Shown: positions 34,633-50,520 of the stretch, one piece after another
Layout: each line of letters opens with the position of its first letter
Numbering within the stretch: position 1 is the first letter of the stretch
Assembly (NCBI RefSeq): GCF_046119375.1
Contig: NW_027362772.1
Span: 72,850,001 to 72,914,000, forward strand
Length of the DNA stretch: 64,000 nucleotides
Origin: Phyllobates terribilis
Lineage: Eukaryota
Direction of reading: 5' to 3'
Notes under the pieces: model-generated
Database searches by the model: none
What the model was told of the DNA's origin: nothing
What the model saw: the letters and a program-made list of their open reading frames with translations, nothing else
Made by a program: the position numbers and the translations under genes

Positions 34633-34912
34633 TGTTTGCCTTTTTTACTGCTAAGCAAATTATGTTTACTTTCCTCTCTTTTATATCATCATGCAAAGTG
34701 ATAACAGAAAAGGGAATATTTTTGTAATTAAGGTACTTTTATTCAGCAGGGGCAAACAATTAATGGCACTGGGAAAGCATCAAATTTGGTTCCAATTTTT
34801 AAGTGTCAACTTTTTCTACTTTGAATGGATATTTAAAATATATATATATCTATTGGTGTACATTAATGTGAAAACTGTTCTTTAATATTTCCTTTGCTAA
34901 TTTGTAATTGTC

Positions 34913-35279
34913 TTAAAGGCACCTGTAATTTTCCATAAATAAGTAATTTTTTTAACCTGGTATTAATGCCGCTGTTCTCCTGAATCCGACAATGTTTTTC
35001 TTGTCTTCCTACGCCTTTCCATTCCAGAGATATAGCCTTCTATAATCAGGCCTTTTTTTTTAGCCAACTGGGCATGGTCTACAAGGAGACCATCGCGGAA
35101 AAGTGTTCAAAATCACGCCTACTTGTATAAAAAAGACTAGATTTACACAATGGAAAGAAGGGGCAATATCTCAGGATTAGAGAGGCGCTGAAACAAAATA
35201 AAAACAACGCTGGATTCAGGAGAACAGCGGCATTTACATCAGATAAAAAAAAAAATGAAATTGGACAATTCCTTTTTAA
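34913..35279. mobile_element. T2/Kolobok-type MITE
   Basis: TTAA ends; arms AATGCCGCTGTTCTCCTGAATCC / GGATTCAGGAGAACAGCGGCATT; same family at 48578-48915. Confidence 0.85.
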
Positions 35280-37257
35280 ATTTAAAATGCTAGGCCCAAA
35301 TCCTGAGGCTGCACCACTGAGAGAATCTGATGACAACATTGTGTGATTTGTTTTAAATGACCAAATACACACATGCCCACACACACATACGCATGTATGT
35401 TCCACTGCTAAAAGGGTGTCTCATGCCTTGAATCCTTGATCCAGAATCCCGAATATGGGATCCCCCCTCTTTGTGTCAGTATAATAATGCTATTATCTCT
35501 GCAGCATGTGTTGCAGGATAAAATTGTAAAGGAACCCAAACAGAAAAGACTCTGATTTTGGTAGGATCGGTGCATGGGTGTGTCCTGACTATTTCCAGAC
35601 ATCTGCCATCAGAAGGATTGGACATGTTCTATTCTAACCTGCCCGATCATTTGTTCTCCTGGGATATAAACCAGTTTATTCCCTATCCTGAGAACACGTG
35701 TATGATCGACTAACATGTAAGTGCATAGAGGATTGGGAAATACCTAAAATACCTATTGAATGGGAAATGGGCACCTGAAGTCTAGACACAGGCACATAAG
35801 ACATTTAGGAAGTATTTTATTATATGAATCCACACAACCCCCCAATCAGAACTCAACAAGGAATAAAGTGCAGCTTCAGGCTTTGGGCCTGCACCATCAA
35901 GTGATAAGAATGTTAATACACACTAAAGCTTCTGTATATTTCTTCTAGTAGGTCTCTTTAAAGAATAAATGTTACTAGGACATAAGTGGCCAGTTTTGAT
36001 CCTAGTTGCAGGTTGTGTAGTCGGACTGTAAATAATTGACAAGCTTCGCTTTCTTTATCACGCTTGTAGAAATGTCTGTCCGATATGCACATTCATATAA
36101 AATCATTGCAGAGTATCAGGAGAAATCGCGATTGATGCTTTCACCAGCGGCCGGTCCGCAATCTTACCTGAATTTGGGACAGTGCAAAACTTTGGGCAAA
36201 ACTGGTGCAGGGTCTGAAGGGGCAGAGCATCACACAGTAACATGGTGCGCCATGCACCGACCCCCTTAGACCCTGCACGGGCCCTTGGTTTGTTTTTTCA
36301 TTGCATTTTTTTCCCCTATGTTCAGTCTTGGTTGCCTTTGTCTACATTGCATTCCTAACACAATTGAGTCTTATGTAAAGATTTCCTGGCCCTAAATTAA
36401 TATAAAAAAAATATTTAAATGCACCATTGATAGCAATAAAGATAGAAAGCAATTTTTAACTAATTGCCCTCATTACTCATATGACCGATCTTGCAAAGGG
36501 GCAACATTGGATTTGCAGGAGGCATCTCATCCACTAAGAGGTGCAGCTGTGCCTATGTTATAACCTATGGACAGGTCAAAGAGCAACTAAATATCGTTAT
36601 TGATTTTTTCATATTTTGCAGGTACTTGAAATGCCTGCAGATCGGTGGTGGTCTGGGTCCTGAGACCCTAACTGATCGAGCGCTAGACCCCCTGAGAAGT
36701 GTGCAGCTCAGCAGATTGGAGCGCACATCCCCTGTCTCATTGTGCACAGATTCATGAGAAAGCATAGGTTATGCTACGCTCCTGCCTGCTGAGGTGCGCA
36801 CTTCCCGGACCCCCTAAATATGAAAAAATCAATAACAAAGTTTAATTACTCGTTTAAGGAAATCTCCTCTTTGCAAAAAAAAAAACCAATATGCAACTAT
36901 TCACAGCAAATATCAAATTCACTATGGAGTAGCAATAACTACTGATCTTTGGGTAACGTGTATTGGAAAATTAAAGGGGGTGTCCAAAAAATAACATATA
37001 TCACAGCATATGTCTAATGATCACAGAACATAGGCGTTAAGTTCCCTGTGTAAATGGTGGAGTAGCAGGAGCATGTGCGATCACTGCCTCTCTCTCTGTG
37101 CGGTGCTCGCACATGCTCACTACTGCTCCAATCAGATTGAATTTGCTCCCTTATCCTTTTCGGCATTGTGAATGAGAGAATACATTTATCATCCATCCTG
37201 TCCTGTGTTATAGTGTTTTTTTTTCCGGGCTCCACATAAATTTCTGTAGCACATTGC

Positions 37258-37500
37258 TGAATCTTGATAGTGTGCATATTGCACACTATCAGGATTCTCA
37301 TTTATTCCTATTTATGGCCTATAGGGTGCAATATGCACACTATCAGGATTCTCATTTATTCCTATTTATCAGGATTCTCATTTATTCCTATTTATGGTTG
37401 ATAGTGTGCAATATGCACACTATCAGGATTCTCATTTATTCCTATTTATGGTTGATAGTGTGCAATACGCACACTATCAGGATTCTCATTTATTCCTATT
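37258..37500. repeat. 54-bp tandem repeat (~4 copies) built on the palindrome GATAGTGTGCA-TA-TGCACACTATC
   Basis: Units at 37266, 37320, 37399 and 37453. Confidence 0.88.
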
Positions 37501-40500
37501 TATTCCCATCTCTAGCAGTTATCACCTGACCACAAGTATGATCTTTATGTTGTTGCAGTCATGTAGCGGATAGCTTCTCAACCGTTTCCACCGATAGAAC
37601 ATTGAGAGAAGCAGAAAAAATGACCGAGCTGGAAATAAAAGGGGAATACTGACAGTGTGCAAAGTTCGGCAATTTGCAACTGCAGAAATTTATGCTCGGC
37701 CTGGAAAACAACTATTTAAGGTCAAATGTTGTTTATGTGACAACCCCTTTAATTCAGAATTTGATCACAGTTACACACGGGAAGTCAAGAATCATGAACC
37801 TTGGTGCAATACTTTTGCTCGTCCCCACCAGGGGACTATGTTAGGACAGATATTAAATGTATTATGTGGACTAAAGATCCATTTTTACAGTGAGGTGTGC
37901 ATTGCAGAAATATGTTTCAATCTGGGTTTAGGTAATTGGTACTGGTAGACCTGGCAAATGCCAACGTATATGCCAAAAAATCTGCACCGGAAGCGGATAG
38001 AACACTTCTAACAATGCACAGTGATACATATCAGTATAGCAGATCCATTGCTGATCCGTGGGAGTCTGAGCTAGAGGTGAGAAAAAGGATTTGCAGAACC
38101 CCACTCAATGGATTTACTCTTCTCTCCAAATCCCAGTAATTCATTTTTACACGTTTAGCACAAATTGCAAAACGCGATGTAAAAAAAAATTATTATTTTT
38201 TCCTCTTTTTTGCTTTACTTTTATATTCCATCCTGAATTTCCCTCGACAGACTGAGCTTTTTATTATAGGTTGTAAGGTCCAAAGTCCTGCCATATCAGT
38301 AACTACCTCATGTGCCCTGCCAGCTTGTTTGCCTTCTTTTTATCTGATTCGGTCATGCGTTGGGTAAAATTTTTATATGTATGTTAAAAAAAAAAAAAAT
38401 TGCATGGTGATCATTGAATGTGGATATGTTTCCTGCGACCAAATAAAATGACCCATGTTTAGATCAATGTTTTGTACAGTCTGAGTAATAACGGTGGCTC
38501 CTATTTCCAGGATATATTACACATAAAAGGGTGGAGCTTAATTGTGCGGGGGAGGGTCTAAATTCGGGGACCGGTAAGTAGGAACAGGCTGGTTGTAAGG
38601 TGGTCAGAGGAAAAAGGGAATCTAGTAGTGACTTACTCCCCAATCAGAAGACATGCATGCTCTGCTGAGTGGAGTGTGAGTGTATGTGAATGGCCAGGCT
38701 CAGGTCAAACTATAAAGTAGTCCACACATTAAAGGGTTTGTGCCAAGGTTTGACATTATACCCTATACGTAGGATAGGGGAAAATTTCTTGGTTGCTCTA
38801 ATTCCGACTGCTGGGACTGCCACGGTCCCAAGAATGGGAAGTCATAGAGCCCCATCTAAGTGGAGAGGAGGTAACGCATGGGCTCTGGAGTATAAGACTG
38901 GTGGAAGGAGACTAGCTGCTGTGATGCATCCTATGTACAGCCCTCATGGATGGATTTCTGCTCTTTATTCTTTAGGATAGAGAGAGAAGCAGCAACAGCA
39001 ACATGGAAAAATTATGAGCTGTGCAGATGTGAATCCATCTTTTAGGTGGTGAAGGAGACTAGCTGCTCTGATGTCTTCTATACACAGCACACAGAGATGG
39101 ATTCCTACTCTTTATTCCTTAATTACAACACAGACAGAAGTAGCAATAACAACATGTAAAAATTATATAGCAGTACTGAGCTGTGGAGATGTGAATCCAG
39201 CTCAGGAGTAAAAGACTTGTTAGAAAGCTGGTGGAAGGAGACTAGCTGCTGTGATGTTTCCTATGTACAACACACAGGGAGGGATTTTTGATCTTTATTC
39301 CTTAGGATATAGAGAAAAGCAGCACAGGCAGCATGGAAAACATTATACAGCAGTACTGAGTTGTGAAGATGTGAATCCATCTCTGGGGACGAGAAGGAGA
39401 CTAACCGCTATGATGTCTCCTATACACAGCACACAGAGATGGATTCCTACTCTATCTTCCTGAGCACACAGACAGAAGCAGCAACAGGAGCATGGTGAAA
39501 ATTATATAACATTACTGAGCTGTGGAGATGTGAATCCAGCTCTGGAGTAAAGGACCTGTTAGAAAGCTGGTGGAAAGAGACTAACTGCTATGATGAATCC
39601 TATGCACAGCTCCCAGGGAGGGATTTCTGATCTTTATTCCTTAGGATAGAGAGAGAGTCAGCAACAGCAGCATGGAAAAAAATATACAGCAGTAGTGAGC
39701 TGTGGAGGTGTGAATCCATCTTTGGGGAGGTAAAGGAGACTAGCTGCCATGATGTCACCTGTACACAGCACACAGATGGATTCCTCCATTCATTCTCTAT
39801 GGAACTGCTGGAGATAGCCAAGCGCTAGAGATGATTCTCAGGACCAGGTCCAGCGGCCACCTCAGGAATCTGTAGCTACCAGACGGGAGCCCAGAAATCC
39901 GCCCCTTACCTTCTGACATCCGTGTATTCCTGTTGTATGGGCTCCATCATGTCCTGTACATATATAGATTATCACACCAACAAATGTGTTATATGGAGCC
40001 GTACTACCCTTACAAAACAGAACATTGTGTAAAAGATGCATATATATGTCTGCAGTCATTAAATTATCGCCGATCGCCAGCTGTTTAATGGTATGTTTAG
40101 ACTGGCCTGCTAGATTTCTATGCGCACAGAACAATCCATCTCTAATTTTAAATTCACTCTGAGCTGGTGGAAGAAGACAAGCTGCTATGATGCTTTTTAT
40201 ACACAGCATATAGAGATGGATTCCTGCTCTTTATTCTTTAATTAGCACACAGAAGCAGCAACAGCAGCATGGAGGATATTATACAGCCGTACTGAGCTGT
40301 GGAGATGTGACTGCATCTCTGAAGTGATGAAGGAGACAAACTGTCATGATGTCTCCTATACACCGCACACAGAGAGGGATTCCTGCTTTTTATTTCATAG
40401 TTAACACACTGACAAAGCAGCAGCATGGAGAAAATTATACAGCAGTACTGAGTTGTGGAGATGTGAATCCATCTTTTAGGCTAGTCAAGGAGACTAGCTG

Positions 40501-40515
40501 CTATGATGTCTCCTA

Positions 40516-42122
<1,607 letters not shown>

Positions 42123-43727
42123 TATATACAGCACACAGAGATGGATTCCTACTCTTTATTGCTTAATTAGTACACACACAGAAGCAGCAACAGCAGCATG
42201 TAGAAAATCATATAGAAGTACTGAGCTGTGGAGATGTGAATCCAGCTCTGGAGTAAAAGTCTTGTTAGAAAGCTGGTGGAAAGAGACTAGCTGCTGTGAT
42301 GTCTCCTGTGCACAGCACACAGGGATGGATTTCTGCTCTTTTCACATTAGGATATAGAGAAAAGCAGCAATAGCAGCATGGAAAGAATTATACAGTGGTA
42401 CTGAGCTGTGGAGATGTGAATCCATCTCTGGGGAGAAGAAGGAGACTAACTGCTATGATGTCTCCTATACACAGCACACAGAGATGGATTCCTACTCTTT
42501 CTTCATTAGCACACAGACAGAAACAGCAACATGGTGAAAATTATATAGCATTACTCAGCTGTGAAGATGTGAATCCAGCTCTGGAGTAAAAGACTTGTTA
42601 GAAAGCTGGTGGAAGGAAATTAGCTGCTATGATGTCTCCTATGCACAGCACATGCGGATTGATTCCTGATTTTTATTCCTTAGTTAGTGTAGAGAGAGAA
42701 GCAGCAATAGCAGCATTGAAAAATTATACAGCAGTACTGAGCTGTGGAGATGTAAATCCTTCTTTGTGGTGGTTGAGGAGACTAATTGCTATGATGTCTC
42801 CTATACAAAGCAAACAGAGATGGATTTGTACTCTATATTCCAACAGCATCATGGAGGATATTATATAGCAGTACTGAGCTGTGAAGATGTGAGTTCAGCT
42901 CTCAAATAAAAGACTTGTTAGAAAGCTGGTGGAAAAAGCTGCCTAGATGTTTCCAAAAAACAGCAAATATGAATGGATTAATGCTCTTTATTATTTAGTT
43001 AGGATAGAGAGAGAAAAGCAGCAACAACAGCATGGAAAAAATTATACAGCAGTACTCCCTGTAATATTGATCTATGCAAAATATGTTGAAAGTCCAGTTC
43101 CTATTTAACAATAATAATCCACAAGGATTTAATGAATAAGCTGCCAGTAGGGAGCAATACAAATAGAAGAAATAAATAATATATACTCTCCCTTTTACTC
43201 ACCTTCATCCCAAGCTCTCTCCAGTGGTCTTCTGTTTAGCTGCAGCCATCACAGCCCATATATCCCAAGTGACCGCTGCACTCAATCACTGAGTCTCTTC
43301 TTAAAAGACATCCATCTTTGTGATAGAGCGCTGATGCTTGTTCCAAATGCACCCAGGCCACCTCCATGTATGCTGATTACGCTAACAACATAGTGCTGGG
43401 CCCATAATTGTTTGGCAATTTTTGGCAAGGGTCCAATTATCATGTACAGGCAGTATGTAGTAAGCTCCCCCTAGTGGTGGCTGTGGCTATCATATATACA
43501 CAGGATACATCCGATATGCAGCTGTTTTTTTTTTCCGGTAGAAAATTACAGTACCGGCATTGTGGGTGTGATTTTAGGAAATATCCTTGAAAAGTCTGCA
43601 GCGGAAAACTTATTCTGCAGCTTTGATCATTGCATTTCATCTGCGGCAAAACCAAAGTGTTTCCACTGCAAAACATGCACAATTTAGTGCAATTGTTTAT
43701 TTTTTTCATTTACACTTTTAGGTTTAA

Positions 43728-44745
43728 TTAAAGGGATTAACTTGGTGTACAAGTCTACAGTCACCCTATATGACTGCAGACTTGTGGATCCTCAGAGCGT
43801 GCACTGTGCGCGTTGTCAGGATTCTCGTGACCGCAAGTATGCAATTTGCATACATGTGGTCATGTGCCGATTAGACGTGAATTGAGTGAGATCCGAAACT
43901 TCTAGTCGGAATGTGGCTGGAAGTATACAAATTGCATACATGTGGTCATGTGCCGACTAGACATGAATTGAGTGAGATCTGACACGTCTAGTCGGAATGT
44001 GGCTGGAAGTATGCAATTTGCATACATGTGGTCATGTGCCGACTAGACGTGAATTGAGTGAGGCTCGACACGTCTAGTCGGAATGTGGCTGGAAGTATGC
44101 AATTTACATACATGTGGTCATGTGCCGACTAGACGTGAATTGTGTAAGGCTCGACACGTCTAGTCGGAATGTGGCTGGAAGTATACAAATTGCATACATG
44201 TGGTCATGTGCCGACTAGACGTGAATTGAGTGAGATCTGACACATCTAGTTGGAATGTGGCTGGAAGTATGCAATTTGCATACATGTGGTCATGTGCCGA
44301 CTAGACGTGAATTGAGTGAGGCTCAACACGTCTAGTCGGAATGTGGCTGGAAGTATGCAATTTGCATACATGTGGTCATGTGCCGACTAGATGTGAATTG
44401 AGTTAGATCCGACACGTCTGGTCAGAATGTGGCTGGAAGTATGCAATTTGCATACATGTGGTCATTTGCTGACTAGACGTGAATTGAGTAAGGCTCGACA
44501 TGTCTAGTCGGAATGTGGCTGGAAGTATGCAATTTGCATACATGGGGTCATGTGCCGACTAGACATGAATTGAGTGATGCTCGACACGTCTAGTCGGAAT
44601 GTGGCTGGAAGTATACAAATCGCATGACCACCCGCTACAGGTGCTGGAGAATCCTCACAGTGTGCACTGTGCACGCTGTGAGGATTCACAAGTCTGCAGT
44701 CACGTAGAGCGACTGTAGATTTGTACCCCAAGCCTGGACAAGTCC
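43728..44745. mobile_element. TTAA-type MITE whose centre has expanded into an 86-bp tandem array
   Basis: Inverted arms GTACAAGTCTACAGTC...GACTGCAGACTTGTG...GGATTCTC at 43748-43826 and 44650-44728. Confidence 0.85.
43835..44625. repeat. 86-bp tandem repeat, 9 copies, each with two hairpins
   Basis: AAGTAT(G/A)CAA at 43835, 43921, 44007, 44093 through 44609; palindromes GTATGCAAATTGCATAC-like and CCGACTAGACGTG / CACGTCTAGTCGG. Confidence 0.97.
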
Positions 44746-45782
44746 TGGCATAATCATTGTCCCCTATTTATGGGCACTAAGCTATTTTACTGTCTCAATC
44801 CTCTACATACAGTGCTGCAGTCCATCGGCTGCCCCTTATCATTACACACGACCTCACTGAACTGATTGCCTGCAGCAATGGGACTACGCAGGATGTGATG
44901 GTCTGGTCCCAGGGCCATTTCTTCTTTCTTATATCTGAAATATTTTCTCTTTCTTATACATCATGTTGATGATATCATGAAACAGCATTTTTTTTTTACT
45001 TTCTATACTTTTTAATTATCATCACTAGCAAGGAGTGGCGCTGTTCTTATAAATGATCACCAGGTGGCAGCACTGAGTCACTGACTCCCCCCATGTCAGT
45101 GAGGATACACCCTGCAGCCAGATGATTTTGCAGGGCTGGTTCATGCATTTTCCTGTAGGTTTCATGATCTGTCATGTCCAGGGCCCAGAGGTAACAGTCA
45201 CAGTTAATAAATTCTATACACGTCTCTGATACTCACTATACACAATTTATCCATCATAATGTGCAATGAAACATTATTGAAAAGACCAAACCACATTTTA
45301 TTTGTTATAGCTATTTAATTCCCTTATTAATCATGCCTAATATTAAAGCATCCCCTTGTGCACCCCATAATATATATAAATGTATTTTGAGGATTTAACC
45401 ATTGTATTCACAGAAAATGCATGGGCTCCAAAGGATCTCTGAAGTCGCCCTGCGGTGTCAGCACCAAGACGTTCGGCGCAGCAGATCCAATAAGTCTGGT
45501 AAGTTGCCGCTTCAATGGATCGGACTTGTTTTTCTTGCGCATTCCGCAAGTGATCGATCTGATATCTGGGGAATTTAGCGGCAAATCATTACCTTTATTA
45601 TTATCCTGCACTGAAATTAGGAAATATCGCTGCCATGAAGGAGGGTACTTGGTTCGTACACCAGTCCTTATGCCCACATTTCCAATATTTTGTGGACAGG
45701 GGGTCTCTACAGGAACACAACCTCATGCACTGGAAGCTGACACCTTTCTATTTATGGCCAACGTTAACCTCTTGGCGACATC

Positions 45783-48581
45783 CAGGAACACCCCACAAGA
45801 CCTGCCATATACTGGGAACACCCCACAAGACCTGCTGTATACTGGGAACAACCTACTAGACCTGCCATATACTGGGAACACCCTACTAGACCTGCCGTAA
45901 GCTGGGAACACCCTACTAGACCTGCTGTATACTGGGAACACCCCACAAGACCTGCTGTATACTGGGAACACCCTACTAGACCTGCCATATACTGGGAACA
46001 CCCCACTACACCTGCCGTATGCTGGGAACACCCCACTAGACCTGCCGTATGCTGGGAACACCCCACTAGACCTACCGTATGCTGGGAACACCCCACTACA
46101 CCTGCCGTATGCTGGGAACACCCCACTAGACCTGCCGTATGCTGGGAACACCCCACAAGACCTGGCGTATACAGAGAACACCCCACAAGACCTGCTGTAT
46201 ACTGGGAACACCCCACTAGACCTGCCATATAACAAGGAACACCCCACAAGATCTGCTGTATACCGGGAACACCCAACAAGATCTGCTGTATATCAGGAAC
46301 ACCCCACAAGATCTGCTGTATATCGGGAACACCCCACAAGACCTGCTCTATACCGGGAACACCCCACAAGACCTGGCGTATACAGAGAACACCCCACAAG
46401 ACCTGCTGTATACCGGGAACACCCCACAAGATCTGCTGTATATCAGGAACACCCCACAAGATCTGCTGTATATCGGGAACACCCCACAAGACCTGCTGTA
46501 TACCGGGAACACCCCATAAGACCTGCCGTATGCCGGGAACACCCCACAAGACCTGTCGTATACAGGAAACACCCCACAAGATCTGCTGGGAACACCCCAC
46601 AAGTCCTGCTGTATACCAGAAACACCCCACAAGACCTGCTGCTTATCGGGAACACCCCACAAGACCTGCCGTATACGGGAAATAACCCACAAGACCTGCT
46701 GTATACCGGGAACAGCCCACAAGACCTGCCGTATACTGGGAACACCCCACAAGATCTGCTGGGAACACCCCACAAGTCCTGCTGTATACCGGGAACACCC
46801 CACAAGACCTGCTGTTTATCGGGAACACCCCACAAGACCTGCCGTATACGGGAAATAACCCACAAGACCTGCTGTATACCGGGAACACCCCACAAGACCT
46901 GCCGTATACTGGGAAATAACCCACAAGACCTGCTGTATACCGGGAACACCCCACAAGACCTGCCGTATACTGGGAACACCCCACAAGACCTGCTGTATAC
47001 TGGGAACACCCCACAAGACCTGCCATATACGGGAAACACGCCACAAGATCTGCTGGGAACACCCCACAAGTCCTGCTGTATACCGGGAACACCCCACACG
47101 ACCTGCTGCTTATTGGGAACACCCCACAAGACCTGCCGTATACTGGGAACACCCCACTAGACCCATCATATACCGGGACCACCCCACAAGATCTGCTGGG
47201 AACACCCCACAAGATCTGCTGAGAACAGCCCACAAGTCCTGCTGTATACCGGGAGCACCCCACAAGACCTGCTGTATACTGGGAACACCCCACAAGACCT
47301 GCTGTTTATTGGGAAAACCCCACAAGATCTGCCGTATATTGGGAACACCCCATAACATCTGTTGGAAACACCCCACAAGTCCTGCTGTATACAGGGAACA
47401 CCCCACAAGGCCTGCTGTATACCAGGAACACCCCACAATACCTGCCATATACTGGGAACACCCCACAAGACCTGCTGTATACAGGGAACACCCCACAAGA
47501 CCTGCTGTATATCGGGAACACCCCACGAGACCTGCCGTATACTGGGAACACCCCACAAGATCTGCTGTATACAGGGAACACCCCACAAGGCCTGCTGTAT
47601 ACCAGGAACACCCCACATTACCTGCCATATACTGGGAACACCCCACAAGACCTGCTGTATACAGGGAACACCCCACAAGACCTGCTGTATACCGGGAACA
47701 CCCCACGAGACCTGCCGTATACTGGGAACACCCCACAAGATCTGCTGTATACAGGGAACACCCTACAAGACCTTCTGTATACCGGGAACACCCCACTAGA
47801 CCCATCGTATACTGGGAACACCCCACAAGACCTGCTGTATACTGGGAACACCCCACAAGACCTTCCTTATACCGGAAACACCCCACAAGACCTGCTGTAT
47901 ACTGGAAACACCCTTCAAGACCTGTTGTATACTGGGAACACCCTACTAGACCTGCCGTATACCAGTAACACCCCACAAGACCTGCTGTATACTGGGAACA
48001 CACTACTAGACCTGCCGTATGCTGGGAACACCCCACAAGACCTGCTGTATACTGGGAAAACTCAAGACCTGCTGTATACTGGGAACACCCTACAAGACCT
48101 GCCGTATACCGGTAACACCCCACAAGACCTGCTGTATACTGGGAACACCCTACTAGACCTGCCGTATGCTGGGAACACCTCACTAGACCTGCCGTATGCT
48201 GGGAACACCCCACTAGACCTGCCGTATGCTGGGAACACCCCACTAGACCTGCCGTATGCTGGGAACACCCCACTACACCTGCCGTATGCTGGGAACACCC
48301 CACTAGACCTGCCGTATGCTGGGAACACCCCACTAGACCTGGCGTATGCTGGGAACACCCCACAAGACCTGCCGTATGCTGAGAACACCCCACTAGACCT
48401 GCCGTATGCTGGGAACACCCCACTAGACCTGCCGTATGCTGAGAACACCCCACTAGACCTGCCGTATGCTGGGAACACCCCACTAGACCTGCCGTATGCT
48501 GAGAACACCCCACTAGACCTGCCGTATGCTGAGAACACCCCACTAGACCTGGCGTATGCTGGGAACACCCCACAAGACCTG
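45783..48581. repeat. 30-bp minisatellite, about 90-95 copies, with variant blocks
   Basis: Consensus GGGAACACCCCACAAGACCTGCTGTATACT; 10-aa periodic ORFs in several frames. Confidence 0.98.
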
Positions 48582-48915
48582 GTGTAAATGCTGCTGTTCT
48601 CCTGAATCCGATGCTGTTTTTCTTATTTTCCTGTGCCTCTCCGTTCCTGAGATATGGCCCCCTCTTCCTAGTCTATAAATGTAGTCTGGTTATTAAAGTG
48701 GGTGTGGTCATCAACTCTTCTTTGTGGGCGTCTTCTTGATGACTCTGCCCACTTGGCTAATAAGACTAGATTTATACACAGGGAAAAGAGGCCGTATCTC
48801 AGGAATGGAGAGGCGTAGAAACAAAAGAAAAACATCACCGGATTCAGGAGAACAGCGGCATTTACACCAGGTAAAAAAAGCGACATATTTATGAAAAAAC
48901 GATGGGTCCTCTTTA
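48578..48915. mobile_element. T2-type MITE lacking its left terminus
   Basis: Arms CCTGGTGTAAATGCTGCTGTTCTCCTGAATCC / GGATTCAGGAGAACAGCGGCATTTACACCAGG; homologous to 34913-35279. Confidence 0.8.
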
Positions 48916-49689
48916 GGATACGGTGTGGTCTACCACTGGACCCCTTGTCTGCACGGTAATATTTGGTGATACTATGGCATTTTGCCAGCGCTGTTCACAT
49001 ACTGTACCATCCTCCTGGCAGCTGAAACTGTTTTTTGGTCTATTAATTTGCAGCAATGAAATTGTATAAAGTCAGGCCCCTAATGAATCTTGATTTCCTA
49101 AGAGGTTTTCCTAATATTACATCAGTCGGGTGGAATTTATTACACCATTCTCTTTATTATTTTAATAGAAAACAGGCACTGGGTATTTTATGTAGAGACT
49201 GATCTACACTAGGAGATAGACGCGGTGCATTATGCTGATCAATGCTAATTATTACTATGGACTTGTGCTTATTATGTCCCATGTTATAATAGTACATATA
49301 TTGTAGAGGGAGCATGGCAAACCTTACCTGCTGAAGCCCCACTGCTATTCTATGTTTAAGGGCATTGACGTCTTGTCTACATGTGACCGAGCAGCAGAGA
49401 GGCGGTGCTGGAGCAGTAGGATATTTTGTTGTTTTGCACCATTACTTCCCTCTACTCCAACTATGCCCAATCTCAGAGGACCCCTTTAATTTTACCTGCC
49501 TCAACCCCTTTCATTTTTTAATGTAATACGTCATTCTTCCATGCTGCACGGGAGTTGAACACATGTTGTTCATCTGGTAGATCACGTCTGATTATGGAGG
49601 ATTTAGCAGCAGTTTATTTTTGTAGCACTTTTTATAATGGCCCCTTGAATTGCTTTCATTCTCTCCTGGCATCGTACCTCTCTCCAGTG

Positions 49690-50520
49690 CAGAACATCTG
49701 TCTGGACAAAATCAGTTTCCTCCCCCCTCTTGCAGCTAACAATATTGGCCCTTCTTGCATCAATTGCAGCTACACTTCCAGTCACCTCTTTCCAGTGCAG
49801 CACAAGTGTCGGTCTGCTCAGGACAGAATCAGTCTCCTTCCCCTTCAGGCAGCTGACAGTGTTGTCATTTCTTACATCACCAGCTGCTATATTGCCAATC
49901 ACCTTTTGTAGGCCTTCTGTGGACAGAATCAGTTTTCTTTCCCCTCTGCAGCTGACAGTACTGTCCCTTCTTACATCACCGGCAGCTATACTACCAACCA
50001 CTTGTAGGTCTGTTCTGGACAGAATCATTTTCCTTCCCCCTCTGGCAGCCGACAGTACTGTCTCTTCTTACATCATCTACAACTATACTGCCAACTACCT
50101 CTCCCCAGTGTGCGATATACTGTATGTAGGCCTGCTCTGGACAGAATTAGTCTCCTTCCCACTCTGGCAGCTGACAGTATTGTCCCTTCTTGTTTCCAAC
50201 CACCTTGCCCCAGAGCAGGAAATCTATAGGCCTACTGTGGACACACTTAGTCTCCTTCTTCTTCTTGCAGCTGACATTATTGTTCCTTCTTATATCACCT
50301 GCAGCTATACTGCCAATAACCTTTCACCAGTGAAAGCTGGACAGAATGATTTTCCTTCTCCCTCTGGCAGCTGACAGTATTGTCTCTTCTTACATCACCT
50401 GCAGCTATATTGCCAACTACCTCTACCCAGCATACGACATCTGTAGGCCTGGACAGAATTAGTCTCCTTCCCACGCTGGCAGCTGACAGTATTTCTTATA
50501 TAGTGCCATGCTACTATCAA
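49690..50520. repeat. Diverged tandem repeat, ~100-120-bp unit, ~8 copies
   Basis: GGACAGAATCAGTCTCCTTCCC...GCAGCTGACAGT recurs near 49704, 49821, 49921, 50018, 50139, 50339 and 50450. Confidence 0.85.

Noticed and set aside
43835-44625. CRISPR-like array (palindromic repeats at a regular period)
   Set aside because: No unique spacers, no cas genes, vertebrate context; it is a tandem repeat in a MITE.
45723-48587. Many 150-490-aa ORFs on both strands
   Set aside because: 10-aa periodic products of the 30-bp minisatellite; no coding signature.
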